From contig OZ365115.1 in NCBI GenBank assembly GCA_977030845.1, forward strand, positions 28,644,001 to 28,708,000: a stretch of 64,000 nt of DNA. The letters run 5' to 3'. Numbering within the stretch: position 1 is the stretch's first letter; each line of letters begins with the position of its first letter. The stretch comes from Fimbriosthenelais zetlandica. Lineage: Eukaryota. Both the position numbers and the translations under genes were made by a program. Shown one piece after another: positions 60,385-64,000 of the stretch. A model generated the notes under the pieces. The model did not search any database. It saw nothing but the letters and a program-made list of their open reading frames with translations, and was not told the origin of the DNA.

Positions 60385-63300
60385 AATGTCCATACCAATT
60401 TTTTTTCTCGGCATTGGAAAATTACCAGGGCATGAGAGTGGTGGGCGCTATACTATTTCTAAATTTAAAACCAATCAACTTACCTTCCTGCCCTATATAA
60501 TTATAAAGCTCCCACTCAGCTCTATCCTCGCTCTCTCATTCCTCGCCTTCCATCACCAACCTGTACCTGAAAGTAACATTTTACATTACTCTCAAGTAGA
60601 TCTGGCAGGATTGTAGTTATTTACAGACATAATAATACTGGACAAAGATTTCATTATCATGAAATTTGAATATGCTAAACACTACAGACTGAACCAAGAA
60701 GTCTCGGTTCAAAAATTGGATTTCATACCTTTGAGCATAATTAATGTGAAACACTCAATGTAATATTGGCTGCATGTGTCTGTCAATGAATAGTTCATAA
60801 TTGTTAGAGTTGTGGTGAGGGTGGTGCAGCCTGCTGTTAGTCAAATATATTTCATGAATGGCTTTCCTGAGCCAACTATATTGGTAAATAGCTAATTACC
60901 GAAATAAATTGCTGAATATAAATCATTTGCAATTAGATGACTGTGTACCCATTGTGAATACATCATTTTTGCCTGTATAAATGGTTTAATGAAGGGGTTA
61001 TCTGAAGCATCAAAATAATACTATTAGTCTGACCCATCTTGCCAAGTACCCAGTTGTAAATGTGTGTGGCCTGCTCAACATAAATATTTAATTGATAAAA
61101 CGAAGATTTAATTAATTTTTAATTGATGAATAAAACAGCACTCAGGAGCTTTTTGCTGATTTAATGGCCCTGGGGAAATTAAGAGGAGGAAAGAACAATC
61201 AAGGGAGACTTTGAGAGAACGTATTGTTAATAAAATATTATTTATGTTAAAAAATATGTTAAATGACTTATAGGATATATGTAAAACATGTGACTACATG
61301 TACTGCTTCGATCACTGCAAATGGCAAGAGCAATTTAAAAAAAAAATAATTTGTGGTGTATGCATAACTTGCATTAAGAATATCTTACAAACAACTCAGT
61401 CAATTTGTTGAATGTTTAATGCACATTTAATTTATAAATATGTTGAATTATATGGGTTGAAATAAATACTGCTTTGAGCATATAAACTGGTAGTTTCAAG
61501 AACCTTTTCTTACATTTTAAATGTTTTCTTTGGAGGACAGAAGTACAGCACTGCATTAAATTATACAATGAGGCCGGATCTATAGCTAAGATGCATGCTT
61601 TATATATGTCCCCTAGAGATTTTGGGTTAAAAAGACCACAAGTGAAAACCATGATCTATAGATTCCTATAGGTCTATGTTGGTCCTGTTGGTCTATTAGA
61701 CAGAACAGGTCTCAGCCTGATCTACTCTTTCGACATTGAACGTGGTCCATGCATTCTGCAAGGAGAGCATTTTTTTTACGAGATATTCCGCTGAGTAAAT
61801 GAATGCCTCTGTTATGGGGAGTAGCATCTATAAGAGGCAAGGCTTGAGAGGGAAGTATAGAAGGACGTATGTACATGCCTCTCAAAGCCCCCGTGGTCAT
61901 ACATGGACTTGTCTGAACGTTTGTCTACCATGTCATTCTCTTTATGAAAGGCCATGCTCGTTTGTAGAGCTCTTGAGAAGAGTTGATTATGCTGGTCGAT
62001 CTTTCCAGAGAATATCATAAATGTCAGAATGGACGGACCCAAGCTCAACTCTCTCATGTCAGGAACAAGGAATGAAGTTTGCATTATTTTTTCCCAGTTT
62101 GGCATCACTTTTATATTGATCAAAGAGGCTTTTATAATCTTTAAAAAAAATTGGAATTAGAGGAAAGTATTTTGAACTCCCAACCTTCATTTTCAGGATT
62201 AATGACCGGAATGCAAATTTTTAATTTCCGTGAGCATAGATTTGGCAGTATATATATGGCTTGCAATAAAGATATGATCACGCCTGCCTGGAAACATTAT
62301 TTTAGGCATATTTTGACCCTTGGGCCTGTTTCAAAAGAAAAATTAGCAATGCTAACTCTATGGCTAATATTCCTTTTGAAACAGGCTCCTCTTTCTTCGA
62401 TGTCAATCTGAAGCTTGCCTGGAAACCTTACCCCATGTGATCATTATGCATTTAAACCACTTCTCTTAACACAACAAAGTGTTCATTCAGTCTTTGAGAC
62501 ACCACTCTATTTATCCCATTGATTGCTGTGAGGTCTGTGATGAATATTGACCGAGGACAGTTGCGAATAGACACAGGGACCATGAATAATTGAGCATGTT
62601 ATACTATGGAGCAGTGCTGTATTTATCTATTATTGACGGCCGTCATTTTAACGCTCTTTTGTCCTGGCTTGTGTTGGGTGTGGTAAGAGGGGACAGTGAT
62701 TCAGACAGAGGTAAAACACGTGTGGGTGAGGCAAGGAGTCATCAATGATAGATTCACAGATGAAAGGTGAGATCGATGGTATCAGGTGACTTTCCATCAG
62801 AGCACCAACAAACGTAATATCTTAAGGCGGAACTCCACTGCAGCGATTCCCTTGCAATTAACTATATTGGGACAAACGTCACATGTGCTTGTGTCGCAAC
62901 GAAAAATGTACCAGTGGAACCTCGCTCCCTTCAGAGATGTCTTTTGGTCATAAGGGCATATAATTGTAATCAAATTGTTGGGCCATAAATGTAAACCGCT
63001 GAACGGCTCCCTGGATTCGCCCATCTGATATTATACATGTCAAAAAGACAAGTGAATAATTCAGATAGGACAGAGAGTAGATATAGTACCTAAAACGAAT
63101 CAATAAATAAGTAAAATAAGTATTTGTAGGTCAGGGAGCATAATATAAACTGTAAAGATTGCCCCTCAATGCCACCTCTGAGATGTGGAAAGTTTACACA
63201 AGATAAGAGAACCTAATTGGTGACGTGTTAACGGTTCCATTCCCCCTGTCAATATTTATTCCCTTCTTACAGAGCTTCCTTTCTCCTCTAGAGGAGGTTT

Positions 63301-64000
63301 TCCTTTCCTCTCAATATACATGTATACATTCAACGTTGCAAGCTTACAGCTGCAGTCCCGAAAAACCAAGGCTGAGCAAAGTCTAAGGTTAGAAATGCCC
63401 CTCTTCCGACCCCACCCTGTCCAACTCCAACCCAAACATCGACATAACCATTTCTTGGAAATTGGAGTCAGAAATGCCTATGTTAAATATATTTTGTAAA
63501 AAAAAAAAAAAAAATAATAATAATAATAATACACCCCGCCACCTCCCGTCAAAAAAGGGGAAAAATAACAAAAAATGGTAGCTTAACTGATTCTAATAAA
63601 CACCCAAGATGCTAATTAAAATTGCAGACCTATCAAGTTATATATTACATAAATGCTGATTATTATATAATGAGGTTGCAATAAGGCTTATGAGCATATT
63701 GATTATTATCCATATATGCCTTTCATACTGGACTTGAAGCAGCCAGTCCCTCTAGCGTTAGCTGCTAACACTACGTATACAACATTCAATGGCATAATTA
63801 TAATATGGACCCTGGACATGTCAAAGCCGAAGATCCACAGACAGGTCAGATAGAAGACAAAATCAATTCTGGACCATTTAGCGGGGATGGATGGAATCAT
63901 GATAATAATTAGTTGTGCTACTAGTTTCATAACTGCGTCATAAATATAGCCTGCCTCCAAGAGGCACGTGTGGGAGAAAGGCATTAGGCAAACATAATAA

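Overview
Intron-rich, AT-rich animal (probably marine invertebrate) genomic DNA; every identified protein-coding gene lies on the + strand. In order: (1) the 3' exons of a MET/RON-like receptor tyrosine kinase with several degenerate kinase motifs (1-2767); (2) a complete HEATR1/UTP10 gene of more than 40 exons (4928-26855), with a 5'-truncated, decayed LINE inserted into a 75-bp hairpin-bearing minisatellite in one intron; (3) a CpG-rich promoter followed by an apparently spliced transcript with a 5'TOP-like start and a 49-codon small ORF (about 27.6-29.8 kb); (4) a repeat-rich spacer with a perfect 56-bp palindrome, a tandem array of tRNA-like Pol III cassettes and minisatellites (30-34 kb); (5) a tandem cluster of clan-2 cytochrome P450s: six complete six-exon genes, one orphan open exon 1 and two exon-2 relics (34.3-56 kb), showing mosaic homogenisation and a shared acid-to-Ser change in the I-helix; (6) a TRPV-like channel encoded almost entirely by one 1.95-kb exon (58.4-60.4 kb). 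All exon calls come from manual reading of splice signals and translations; no database searches were run.
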